Source of the DNA: Acidobacteriota bacterium
GTDB taxonomy: Bacteria; Acidobacteriota; UBA6911
Direction: 5' to 3'
Assembly (NCBI GenBank): GCA_012719355.1
Contig: JAAYAM010000050.1
Coordinates: 1,918 to 65,917, forward strand
DNA: 64,000 nucleotides
The notes below the pieces were generated by a model, which saw only the letters and a program-made list of their open reading frames with translations, was not told the DNA's origin and made no database searches. A program made the translations under genes and the position numbers. Shown piece after piece: positions 19,643-28,276 of the stretch (positions are counted from its first letter, which is position 1; each line of letters opens with the position of its first letter).

Positions 19643-20203
19643 TCAGTCCCGGTTTTCCCGAAATACCATGAACCGGGAAGCCACGCCCTTTTCCCGGCAG
19701 TACTCCAGATACAGAGTATAGTAACTGGCACGAAGAAATCCTGATTCAGGGATTCCGAGCTTTCCCGCCAGCTGCCTTATCTGTTCCTCTGAACCTTCCA
19801 GCTCGACGTAGTTCCCTATGGGAGTCTCGTCTACCGCGACATAGGTTCCATCCACCAGATACTCCCGGCGGTACTTCTGATACCGGAACTGGACAGTCAT
19901 TCCAGTCTTTTCGAGAATCTGAACCGCGACATTGGCGCTGTCCAGCCTGACTTCCAGTTCCTCGCGCGTCTTGAAGATCCCCTCCGGCCGTGGCGGACCC
20001 TTGTAGGTAAGGAACGCGTCATCGCCGGCAAATCGCACCCGGAGCAGACTCCGGGAGTTCCTGAGTCTGTGATCCGGAAAATCCAGCAGGAGATTGTCCT
20101 CGAAATGCCTCCCCGAGACGGCTTCGGGCGCGAGAGCATCCAGCAGAGAGCAGAAACTCTCCGCATCATCAATTCTGATTTTTACTTCAGTCTCGGTGCT
20201 CAA
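19643..20203 (-). CDS. CYTH-domain protein (CyaB/class IV adenylate cyclase-like triphosphate tunnel metalloenzyme)
   Basis: N-terminal ExExK motif (TETEVKIRI) and a CYTH-sized (186 aa) beta-barrel pattern. Confidence 0.7.
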   Translation of the reverse strand: MSTETEVKIRIDDAESFCSLLDALAPEAVSGRHFEDNLLLDFPDHRLRNSRSLLRVRFAGDDAFLTYKGPPRPEGIFKTREELEVRLDSANVAVQILEKTGMTVQFRYQKYRREYLVDGTYVAVDETPIGNYVELEGSEEQIRQLAGKLGIPESGFLRASYYTLYLEYCREKGVASRFMVFRENRD

Positions 20204-20233
20204 TGGTTTTCACAACCTTTTCGGCGCAGTATG

Positions 20234-21232
20234 TCAGACCTTGTGCCGGCGAACTATCACGCCGCATTCCTTCAACAGAGAAAGCGCCGTCCCATTGAGA
20301 GGATAATCCTGGTTATAGACAACCTCGACAATGCCCGAGTTAATAATCATCTTAGTGCAGAGGAGGCACGGAGCAAAAGTCGTGTAGAGCGTCGCGCCCT
20401 TCAGCCTGATGCCGTAGTAAGCCGCCTGGGTGATCGCGTTTTCCTCTCCATGGCTGCAGAGGCATTCGTCGAGCGCGGTACCGCTTGCGACCATGGCGTT
20501 GCAGCGAGGACATCCCCCTTCATTGCAGTTTCTTGCCCCCCTGGGGGTGCCGTTATAGCCGGTTGAGATTACTCTCCGGTCCTTCACGATAATCGCGGCG
20601 ACTTTCCTTTTCATGCAGTTGCTGCGGGTTGCCACGACCTTGGCGATGCTCATGAAATACTCGTCCCAGCCTGGGCGATCGAAACGGCTCATCAATGGCG
20701 GCAGCACCTGGTCAAGGTGCCGGTGCAGGTCTTCGAGGGTGCCGTTGTTGGTGACGACCAGATCGGCCTTCTTCCTGGTCAGTTCAAGCTGCTGGCTTGC
20801 GGGGTTGTCGGATTCGAGTTCGCGCCGTTCCTCTTCGATAAACTGCTCGAGCGTCTGCGCCGCCTGTTCCCTCCCCCGTTTCCTGCTGCGCTCAAAACGA
20901 ACCTCAGGGTCGGCAACAACCGCCAGCAGAACGAAATCCTTGCGGCGTCTCAGAACGTCGACCTCGGAAGGATTGCGAATCGAATCGACAACGTAATTGC
21001 CGCCGAGCTCGAGGTTTTTCAGAATTCGTTCGGCCAGCGCTCCCGGTCCGAACCTCTCCCGGAGTTCATTCCCGACCCGGATGAGCATGTCGCGTGTTAT
21101 CTCGAGCCCCCTGCTACGTATCTCCTGCCTGATTTCATCCGACAGCGAGAAATATTCAAAGCCACGGCTCTTCAGGTATTCTGCGATCTGGGTTTTCCCG
21201 GATCCATTTCCGCCCGTCAGTCCTATTATCAT
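20234..21232 (-). CDS. fusion protein: N-terminal P-loop nucleotide kinase (CoaE/dNMP-kinase-like) + C-terminal CMP/dCMP-type zinc deaminase
   Basis: Walker A GLTGGNGSGKT is at the N-terminus. The C-terminal half has the deaminase zinc motifs H-G-E-E-N-A-I ... P-C-L-L-C and a second C..C pair (CNEGGCPRCN), as in ComEB-type dCMP deaminases. Confidence 0.7.
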   Translation of the reverse strand: MIIGLTGGNGSGKTQIAEYLKSRGFEYFSLSDEIRQEIRSRGLEITRDMLIRVGNELRERFGPGALAERILKNLELGGNYVVDSIRNPSEVDVLRRRKDFVLLAVVADPEVRFERSRKRGREQAAQTLEQFIEEERRELESDNPASQQLELTRKKADLVVTNNGTLEDLHRHLDQVLPPLMSRFDRPGWDEYFMSIAKVVATRSNCMKRKVAAIIVKDRRVISTGYNGTPRGARNCNEGGCPRCNAMVASGTALDECLCSHGEENAITQAAYYGIRLKGATLYTTFAPCLLCTKMIINSGIVEVVYNQDYPLNGTALSLLKECGVIVRRHKV

Positions 21233-21282
21233 AGGCCCCGCATATTAGCATATTTCAAGACACTGCTGTCGAGATTAGCCGA

Positions 21283-22452
21283 TCAGTACAGGAGGTAGGG
21301 AGATCTGCGCCGAAGAAATGATGCGACGTCCTCCTCCCAGCTTTGCCGTATCTGATCAACGGGGGTGTGGCTGCTGATCATGTCCGGAATCCCGCATCCG
21401 CCGCACAGGATCTCGATCGGCATTTTCTCATTTTCATATTCGTATGGAGGCTTGCGCCACGCGAACGATTCGGGATAGAGATCGTGAGCGGCGGAAATGA
21501 CCGCGATTCCTGCGAGGTAGGGTTCGAACGCTTCTCTGTCGGTAACATGAATCTGTACTCCGCCGCACATTTCCCCCGCCCACTTCTGGAAGGTGGGCTG
21601 AAACCAGGCGGGTCTGAATTTCACACCTGGAAGCCTGAGTTCATTCAGACGCGCCGCATAGCGCCGGCTGTCGATGAAAGGTGCTCCCACGAGCTCGAAA
21701 GGACGGGTGGTTCCCCTGCCTTCCGAAAGATACGTTCCCTCCACCAGAACCATTCCGGGATAGACCGTTGCGGAATCGAGGGTGGGCAGGTTGGGTGAAG
21801 GCTGCACCCAGGGAAGTCCCGTCTGATCGTACCAGCCGGCACGATCCCAACCTTCCATTTTCACCACCGAGAGATCGCAGCCGATTTCGAACTCAGAATT
21901 GAGGAACAGGGCGAGTTCCCCGACACTCATGCCGTGGCGCATCGGAATCGGATACAGGCCGACGAACGAGCGGTACGCGGGATCAAGGAGATTCCCTTCG
22001 ACGTGGACGCCGCCGATCGGATTCGGCCGGTCAAGCACAACCATCTTTTTCTCATATTCGGTGCAGGCTTCCATGCAATACGCCATGGTGTGGATGAAGG
22101 TATAAACGCGCGTCCCGACATCCTGCAGATCGAACAGGAGCACGTCGATCCCATCCATCATCTCCCGCGTAGGACGGCGGGTTTCACTGTAAAGGCTGTG
22201 GACGGGGAGGCCGGTGTCGGGGTCCCGGTAGAACTCCGACTCGATCATGTTGTCCTGTTTTTCACCGCGGGCGCCGTGTTGCGGGCCGAACAGCGAAACC
22301 AGCCCGCACCCGGCAGCCTCGAGGAGAACGTCTGCGGTGTGACGCAGATCGGGCAGAACAGATGCGGGATGAACGACGACTCCGACACGGCTCTCCCGCA
22401 CAAGGTCCATGTTGCCGCCGAGCAGCACTTCAATACCGGGTTTTACTCGCAT
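21283..22452 (-). CDS. namZ: DUF1343 family protein (exo-beta-N-acetylmuramidase NamZ/YbbC-like)
   Basis: DUF1343/YbbC-like blocks (HPASV...FGPQHG; LLFDLQDVGTRVYTF; VLDRPNPIGG). Start chosen at the ATG with an AAGGA RBS. Confidence 0.7.
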   Translation of the reverse strand: MRVKPGIEVLLGGNMDLVRESRVGVVVHPASVLPDLRHTADVLLEAAGCGLVSLFGPQHGARGEKQDNMIESEFYRDPDTGLPVHSLYSETRRPTREMMDGIDVLLFDLQDVGTRVYTFIHTMAYCMEACTEYEKKMVVLDRPNPIGGVHVEGNLLDPAYRSFVGLYPIPMRHGMSVGELALFLNSEFEIGCDLSVVKMEGWDRAGWYDQTGLPWVQPSPNLPTLDSATVYPGMVLVEGTYLSEGRGTTRPFELVGAPFIDSRRYAARLNELRLPGVKFRPAWFQPTFQKWAGEMCGGVQIHVTDREAFEPYLAGIAVISAAHDLYPESFAWRKPPYEYENEKMPIEILCGGCGIPDMISSHTPVDQIRQSWEEDVASFLRRRSPYLLY

Positions 22453-22687
22453 GACGATCCTTTTGATAGAATTAGTGCATGGAAATCTGTCCGACAAGAC
22501 ACATTGTCTCTCAAAAAGCGTCCGGATTCACATAGTTCCCTCTCTAAAACCGCTTGACTGAAAAAATCTCTTATATTTGAATTACTTCAGCTTTACGCCA
22601 GAAGAGGTTACGGCACGTACAGCAGTAGAAGTTCTTCTTAGCTCGCGCGATTATGAATGGCGTGATTCATTTTGAGAGTGAGCCTGA

Positions 22688-23230
22688 ATGGAACATACGC
22701 TGGTCCTGAACGCAACCTACGAACCGATCAATGTCGTGTCCTGGAGAAGGGCACTGTCGCTCCTCTGCCAGGGAAAAGTCGAAGTCCTCGCCGAGTACGA
22801 TCGAGAGATCCGTAGCATCAGCTTCACCATCAGGATGCCGAGCGTCCTGCGGCTGCTGAAGTACGTCAAGATCCGCAGGAAGTTCCAGCATGTGAAATTC
22901 TGCAGGGCCAACATCTATGCAAGGGACCATCACACCTGCCAGTATTGCGGCAGGAAGTGTCCCACCGAAGACCTTACGTTCGACCACGTAATCCCGGTTG
23001 TCAAAGGCGGGACAAAGACCTGGGAGAACATCGTCACCTGCTGCTTCGAATGCAATCACCGGAAAGGCGGCCGCACACCGGACGAGGCGGGAATGAGGCT
23101 GATCCGGCGCCCGAAAGAGCCGGAGTGGGTCCCGAACATGCTGCATATCACGATCGGGGTCAAGTCAGCTCCCGACTCGTGGCGTGATTATTTCTACTGG
23201 AACGTGGAACTCGAGAAGACCGGCGGGTAG
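22688..23230 (+). CDS. HNH endonuclease family protein (small stand-alone McrA-like)
   Basis: HNH core CQYCG...DHVIPVVKGG...N..TCCFECNHRKG, 180 aa. Confidence 0.75.
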   Translation: MEHTLVLNATYEPINVVSWRRALSLLCQGKVEVLAEYDREIRSISFTIRMPSVLRLLKYVKIRRKFQHVKFCRANIYARDHHTCQYCGRKCPTEDLTFDHVIPVVKGGTKTWENIVTCCFECNHRKGGRTPDEAGMRLIRRPKEPEWVPNMLHITIGVKSAPDSWRDYFYWNVELEKTGG

Positions 23231-23232
23231 CG

Positions 23233-24042
23233 TCACGCTGCCGGCGGACTCTCCAGGAATTCGAGCGGCCGGAGCCCTGGGATAAGGTTCTGTCGGGCAG
23301 CCATCTGGTGAAAGGCCTGCAAACCCTCTATGTGGCCCCGCCCCAGATTGTAGTCTATGTTGTTCCGCAGGTAATCATCCAGAAACGGCACAGGGAGATT
23401 CAAAGACCGGCCGAAGACGCCGGCAATTTCGAGCCGCCTCTTCAGTCCCCAGTCCCTTGCTTTCTGGAAGGTCGAGACCAGATCCGCAGAGGCCGGGACA
23501 GAAGACCGGCAAGCCCAGACGGCGCATACAAACGGTCTCGCCTGCCAACGGACCCATTCCTGGGCCAAATCGATGGTGTCGTAATCTTCCGGATTTACCA
23601 GAAGCGCCGGATCTCCGATCACAACCGCAGCGTCACAGCGTTTAAGCATCTCGGGCGGGTTTGGCGGGTGAGGGACATATTCCGGATGAATCTCCAGTTT
23701 CTGCTCGAGCAGGATTCTCGCCAGCGTTACTGACGTCCTCGAGCACGTATCCATGGCGACGGAGCGTATTCTGTCGGTTCCTTTGGATCTGATCAGCAGA
23801 ATGCTGCGCACGGCATCCAGCGAGGAAATCGAAATTCCGGGAATTATGCGCAGATCGGGTATCCGCTGGTATTCGATGCTGGGGATAAGACCGATGTCGG
23901 CCTCTCCCTCTGCGAGCTGGTCCGCGCAGTCTGCCGGCGATGACGGAATCACCTCAAAACCATCGCTTAACGGGCCCTGAAGGAAAGCCCACCCGAGGGG
24001 GGCCGAATTAAGGTAATGAACCAGGGAAATTCTAATTTTCAT
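23233..24042 (-). CDS. mqnA: menaquinone biosynthesis protein, MqnA/MqnD family (futalosine pathway; chorismate dehydratase-like)
   Basis: N-terminus from the internal ATG reads MKIRISLVHYLNSAPLGWAF, which resembles the MqnA start. The periplasmic-binding-protein-like fold is about 270 aa. The long upstream extension in the ORF track is probably not translated. Confidence 0.55.
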   Translation of the reverse strand: MKIRISLVHYLNSAPLGWAFLQGPLSDGFEVIPSSPADCADQLAEGEADIGLIPSIEYQRIPDLRIIPGISISSLDAVRSILLIRSKGTDRIRSVAMDTCSRTSVTLARILLEQKLEIHPEYVPHPPNPPEMLKRCDAAVVIGDPALLVNPEDYDTIDLAQEWVRWQARPFVCAVWACRSSVPASADLVSTFQKARDWGLKRRLEIAGVFGRSLNLPVPFLDDYLRNNIDYNLGRGHIEGLQAFHQMAARQNLIPGLRPLEFLESPPAA

Positions 24043-24169
24043 GCCGACCTGCCGGAACAAACCCGCCAAATGCAGAAGCTGCGAAATAAAGGGCCACATT
24101 ATGACACAGTTATCCGGCGATGAAACATGAATCGACGAACCCGGCATTTGGCCGGAGCGGGGGATCGGA

Positions 24170-25297
24170 ATGGACGACGCCGGCGAGGCCGTTATCAGGG
24201 ACACGATTGAGCTCACGCTGATTCCGGGGATAGGAACCCTGACCCAGAACCGGATCTGGAAGAGCCTTACTGAAATCGGCGAACTCTTCCGGATGGGAGC
24301 GAAGACCGCAGAGGCGCTCGGAGTACCCGGCGAAGCGTTCCCGCTGATTCATGCACGGGCGTACAGAGAAATCGCGAGGGAAATCTACGAATGGGGGAAT
24401 CGTGAGGGATGCAGGTTTCTCCTGAGAGGATACTCAGGCTATCCGGCGCTGCTCGACGAGATCTACGATCCCCCGCTGGTTCTGTATGGCCGCGGTAGCA
24501 TGGAACCGCTCGAAGGGCCGGCCGTTGCAATTGTGGGGACGAGAAGACCGACGGTCTACGGTCTCCAGATGGCTGAGGGAATTGCGTCGGATCTGGGGAG
24601 CAGGGGGATTACGATTGTTTCGGGCCTTGCCCGCGGCATTGATGCCGCCGCACATCGTGGTTGTCTTGCGGCGAATGGAAAGACAATCGCGGTGCTGGGA
24701 TCCGGCATAGATGTGGTTTATCCGCGCGAACACCGCCAGTTGTACGAAAAGATCGCCGCCCGGGGGCTGGTCCTTTCAGAATTCCCGCCGGGGACTTCTC
24801 CATCACCTCAAAACTTTCCGGTGCGAAATCGCATCATAAGTGGTCTGGCACTGGGTGCCCTGATTGTTGAAGCCAGTGAATACAGCGGTTCTCTGATTAC
24901 GGCGCGGCTGGCCATGGAACAGAACCGGGAAGTTTACGCATTGCCGGGCAACCTCACGTCGCCACAGAGTTTCGGCCCCAACTTCCTGATAAAGCAGGGC
25001 GCGAAACTGGTACAGTCATGGAGGGATATAGTCGAAGAGCTGCCTGCGGAAGTCCGGCATGAAATACTGGTGCAGGAAGATGCAAAACCTCCGATAAAGC
25101 GCGAATTGCCGCTCATTTCCGAGGAGGAGAACAGGATTCTGCAGACGCTCAGGACTGACGAGGTTGTTCAGTTTGATAAGATACTGTACGGAAGCGGTCT
25201 GAGCGTCCCCCAGTTGAGCGCTCTGCTGCTGAATCTCGAAATGAGCGGGTGGATCCGCCAGCTGCCCGGGAACTTGTACGTAAGACTTATTAAATAG
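24170..25297 (+). CDS. dprA: DNA-processing protein DprA (Smf)
   Basis: Rossmann-like DprA core (AIVGTRRPTVYG...IVSGLARGIDAAAH...VLGSGIDVVYP) plus a C-terminal winged-helix region. Confidence 0.85.
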   Translation: MDDAGEAVIRDTIELTLIPGIGTLTQNRIWKSLTEIGELFRMGAKTAEALGVPGEAFPLIHARAYREIAREIYEWGNREGCRFLLRGYSGYPALLDEIYDPPLVLYGRGSMEPLEGPAVAIVGTRRPTVYGLQMAEGIASDLGSRGITIVSGLARGIDAAAHRGCLAANGKTIAVLGSGIDVVYPREHRQLYEKIAARGLVLSEFPPGTSPSPQNFPVRNRIISGLALGALIVEASEYSGSLITARLAMEQNREVYALPGNLTSPQSFGPNFLIKQGAKLVQSWRDIVEELPAEVRHEILVQEDAKPPIKRELPLISEEENRILQTLRTDEVVQFDKILYGSGLSVPQLSALLLNLEMSGWIRQLPGNLYVRLIK

Positions 25298-25367
25298 GAA
25301 AGTTGGAGACTGATGAATCGGCCGGAGCGGAATTTTTTCTTGGAATTTCCTTCCGGCTTGGTATAGT

Positions 25368-27791
25368 TTGCGCGCTTCTATGGCTAAATCACTTGTTGTT
25401 GTCGAATCTCCGGCCAAGGCTAAGACGATTAGCAAATATCTTGGCAAGGACTACATTGTTAAAGCCTCCGTCGGCCACATCAAAGACCTGCCTAAGAGCA
25501 AGCTCGGGGTCGACGTGGATGATGATTTCACGCCCCACTACTCTGTCATTCCTTCCAAAGTCAAGGTAGTGAAGGAGTTGAAAGCGGCGGCCAAAGGGAT
25601 CAAGGATGTGTACCTGGCGGCCGACCCTGATCGCGAGGGGGAGGCAATCTGCCAGCACCTGTTCGAAGAGCTGTCCGGGAAGTCCCGCAACGTCTATCGT
25701 GTTCTGTTCCACGAGATTACCCTGAACGCCATTCAGGATGCGTTCAGGAACCCGGGACGGATCAATGAAAACAAGGTCCATGCACAGCTCACACGGCGTA
25801 TCCTTGACCGTCTCGTCGGTTACAAGATAAGCCCGCTGCTGTGGGACAAAGTGCGCCGTGGACTCTCGGCCGGAAGGGTGCAGACGGTTGCGCTGCGGCT
25901 CATCGTCGAAAGAGAACAGGAGATCCGGGCATTCAAGTCGGAGGAGTACTGGACACTCGCAGCCCGTCTGGCTGCAGAAAATCCTCCCGAATTCTCGGCC
26001 AAGGCACGATTGCTCGACGGCCAAAAGTGGAATGTGTCCGATGGCGACACCGCCAACCGGATAGTCGAGGAACTCAGGGAGTCGCGCTTCGTCGTCAGAG
26101 ACGTCCACAGGAGGGAGAAAAAGAAGTATCCGGTTCCGCCGTTCATTACGAGCAAGCTGCAGCAGGAGGCTGCCCGGAAGCTGAATTTCTCGGTCAAAAA
26201 GACGATGACTTTGGCCCAGAGGCTCTATGAAGGAATCGAGGTCGGGCAGGAGGGGGCCGTCGGGCTGATCACCTACATGAGGACAGACTCCAGCCGCGTC
26301 TCGGAGAACGCCCTGCATGAGGTCCGCAACCTGATACGCCGCGATTATGGTGAACCGTATCTCCCACATCACCCCATCTACTACAAGTCGAGGAAAACAG
26401 CCCAGGAGGCGCACGAGGCAATACGGCCTACTTCAGTGGAAAGGACGCCGGAGAGTCTCAAGAATGATCTCGAACCGGAGATGTGGAAGCTCTATTCCCT
26501 GATCTGGAACCGCTTTGTCGCTTCCCAGATGAATCCGGCCATTTTCGATCAGACCGACATAAACATCTCGGCGGGACGTGTCGAACTGCGGGCCACCGGA
26601 TCGATTGTGAAATTCCCCGGGTTCCTTGCCGTCTACCAGGAATCCAAACCGGAAGAACGCGACGAGGGGCAGGAGGAGACAGAATCGATTTTGCCGGAAG
26701 TCAGAGAAGGCGAGGTTCTCGTTTTGAAGGATCTTCTGCCGGCGCAGCATTTCACACAGCCACCGCCGCGCTACAACGAGGCCAGCCTGGTGAAAGCTCT
26801 CGAAGCCAAGGGGATCGGGAGACCCAGCACCTACGCTACCATCCTCAGCACGATTCAGGACCGCGACTATGTCGACAAGCACGACGGCAGGTTCTACCCT
26901 TCGGAAACGGGAGAACTGGTGCTGGAGCTCCTTGTTGCCAGCTTTCAGGAACTGTTCGACTATGAGTACACGGCCCGCCTGGAAGATCATCTCGACCGCA
27001 TAGAGAGGGGACGGGAAGTCTGGCTGAACGCCATGAGGGACTTCTACGGCCGTCTTGCGAGCAAGCTGCAAGTGGCGGAAAAGGAGATGCGGGATGTCAA
27101 GACGGAGGCGATCGAAACCGAAGAGATCTGCGACAAGTGCGGCAACAGGATGGTGATAAAGTGGGGCAAGTTCGGACGATTTCTCGCCTGTTCGGGGTAT
27201 CCGGAATGCAGGAACACGCGCGAAATCCCCAAGGTATGCTCGCTCGGGCCCGAGACAGACGAACCGAAGCAGGAAGAGATCCAATGCGAGAAATGCGGCA
27301 GGCCAATGGTCTTGAAGAGAGGACGCTTCGGGGAATTCATGGCCTGTTCAGGGTACCCGGACTGCCGCAACACGAAAAAGATCGTCAAGTCGGCCGAACA
27401 GGTTACCGTCAAACAGGACATTCCTCTTGATGATAAGTGCCCGCTCTGCGACAAGAACCTGGCAATTAAGCATGGCCGTTTCGGCGAGTTCACCGCCTGC
27501 AGCGACTATCCTGCCTGTAAGTTCATCAAGCTGAAGTCGACCGGGGTCTCCTGCGGCAGGAACGGATGCGAGGGAGAAATCGTGGAGAGGAAGTCCCGCA
27601 GGGGGAAGACCTTCTACGGCTGCTCCAATTATCCCGATTGCGATTTCGTGCTCTGGAACAAGCCGCTCCCCGATCCGTGTCCGATGTGCGGCGCCCCGTT
27701 TACCCTGATGAAGACGACAAAACGGACCGGCACGATTCGCATGTGCAACAGTGAAGGGTGCAAGTTCCAGGAGCCAATGGACATCGAGTAA
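25368..27791 (+). CDS. topA: DNA topoisomerase I with five C-terminal C4 zinc-ribbon repeats
   Basis: Toprim domain (VVVESPAKAKTI), catalytic-Tyr region (TYMRTDS), 807 aa. Tandem CxxC...CxxYPxC zinc ribbons occur five times (e.g. CDKCG..CSGYPEC, CEKCG..CSGYPDC). Confidence 0.9.
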   Translation: MRASMAKSLVVVESPAKAKTISKYLGKDYIVKASVGHIKDLPKSKLGVDVDDDFTPHYSVIPSKVKVVKELKAAAKGIKDVYLAADPDREGEAICQHLFEELSGKSRNVYRVLFHEITLNAIQDAFRNPGRINENKVHAQLTRRILDRLVGYKISPLLWDKVRRGLSAGRVQTVALRLIVEREQEIRAFKSEEYWTLAARLAAENPPEFSAKARLLDGQKWNVSDGDTANRIVEELRESRFVVRDVHRREKKKYPVPPFITSKLQQEAARKLNFSVKKTMTLAQRLYEGIEVGQEGAVGLITYMRTDSSRVSENALHEVRNLIRRDYGEPYLPHHPIYYKSRKTAQEAHEAIRPTSVERTPESLKNDLEPEMWKLYSLIWNRFVASQMNPAIFDQTDINISAGRVELRATGSIVKFPGFLAVYQESKPEERDEGQEETESILPEVREGEVLVLKDLLPAQHFTQPPPRYNEASLVKALEAKGIGRPSTYATILSTIQDRDYVDKHDGRFYPSETGELVLELLVASFQELFDYEYTARLEDHLDRIERGREVWLNAMRDFYGRLASKLQVAEKEMRDVKTEAIETEEICDKCGNRMVIKWGKFGRFLACSGYPECRNTREIPKVCSLGPETDEPKQEEIQCEKCGRPMVLKRGRFGEFMACSGYPDCRNTKKIVKSAEQVTVKQDIPLDDKCPLCDKNLAIKHGRFGEFTACSDYPACKFIKLKSTGVSCGRNGCEGEIVERKSRRGKTFYGCSNYPDCDFVLWNKPLPDPCPMCGAPFTLMKTTKRTGTIRMCNSEGCKFQEPMDIE
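27130..27720 (+). repeat. intragenic tandem DNA repeats encoding the topA zinc-ribbon modules
   Basis: Repeated roughly 120-bp coding units (gg..ttcgg.ga.ttc..gcctg.tc.gg.tatcc.ga.tgc) give the repeated peptides seen in several reading frames of the ORF track. Confidence 0.6.
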
Positions 27792-27823
27792 CAGCCGGAG
27801 CGTTCCTACCTTTTTGCGGCTGC

Positions 27824-28115
27824 GGACGACTGACGTTGAAGGGCATGGATTCTTTTCTCGGTCGTCCCCATGGGACTTGTTCTCTTCTTTTGCCCTTTCC
27901 ACGTTCCCGGCACTCACGTGCCGGCCTACTCTCGGTCGTTCCTCCGGGACTCGGCGCCCTGCTTCCCGATACGCACCGGTTACATCGGTTGATGTGAACC
28001 AAAAACCACGGCGGACGCGTCCCGCTAGTTTAGGCAAAATTGCCTGGCACGGAAGTGCCGGGACTCAATAGGAACAAATAAAGAATCAAGTCCCGGAGGG
28101 ACGACCGACGTTGTA
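27824..28115. repeat. hairpin-rich intergenic repeat element, copy A (bounded by imperfect direct repeats GGACGACYGACGTTG)
   Basis: Two arm types alternate: CCGGCAC/GTGCCGG (27906-27926, loop TCAC; 28044-28062, loop GGAA) and GTCCC/GGGAC. The 3' half (28017-28110) is about 80% identical to 55637-55730. Confidence 0.55.
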
Positions 28116-28264
28116 CCGGATGAATTTTTCGCCGACGTGAATGTTGTGTCATTGGTCAAGGCCAGCCACGAAATTCATCACCCTCGGATCTTGCTTCTGG
28201 CTTCAGGCCGAAGGGTTTCTATGGTAGTATGGCTTTCTTTTGCCATACCCGCTATTCCTCCTGA

Positions 28265-28270
28265 AAGGAG
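28265..28270 (+). promoter_or_regulatory. Shine-Dalgarno (AAGGAG) for the EF-G paralog
   Basis: AAGGAG lies 6 nt upstream of the ATG at 28277. Confidence 0.6.
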
Positions 28271-28276
28271 TCTGTT

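Noticed and set aside
25389-27284. two long - strand ORFs (341 aa and 283 aa)
   Set aside because: Both lie entirely antisense to topA. They are stop-poor because of GC bias.
27044-27493. - strand ORF with an internally repeated peptide (SGYPEQAMNSPKRP, twice)
   Set aside because: The repeat is the antisense reflection of topA's tandem zinc-ribbon coding repeats. It is not an independent repeat protein.
27824-28115. possibility that repeat element A is a tRNA, tmRNA, RNase P or SRP RNA
   Set aside because: There is no T-loop (GTTCRANYC), no acceptor/CCA-type end and no tmRNA tag frame. The RNase P P4 motif (AGGAAAGTCCGGGCTCC) and the SRP domain IV motif are absent. The sequence is paralogous to a second intergenic copy instead.
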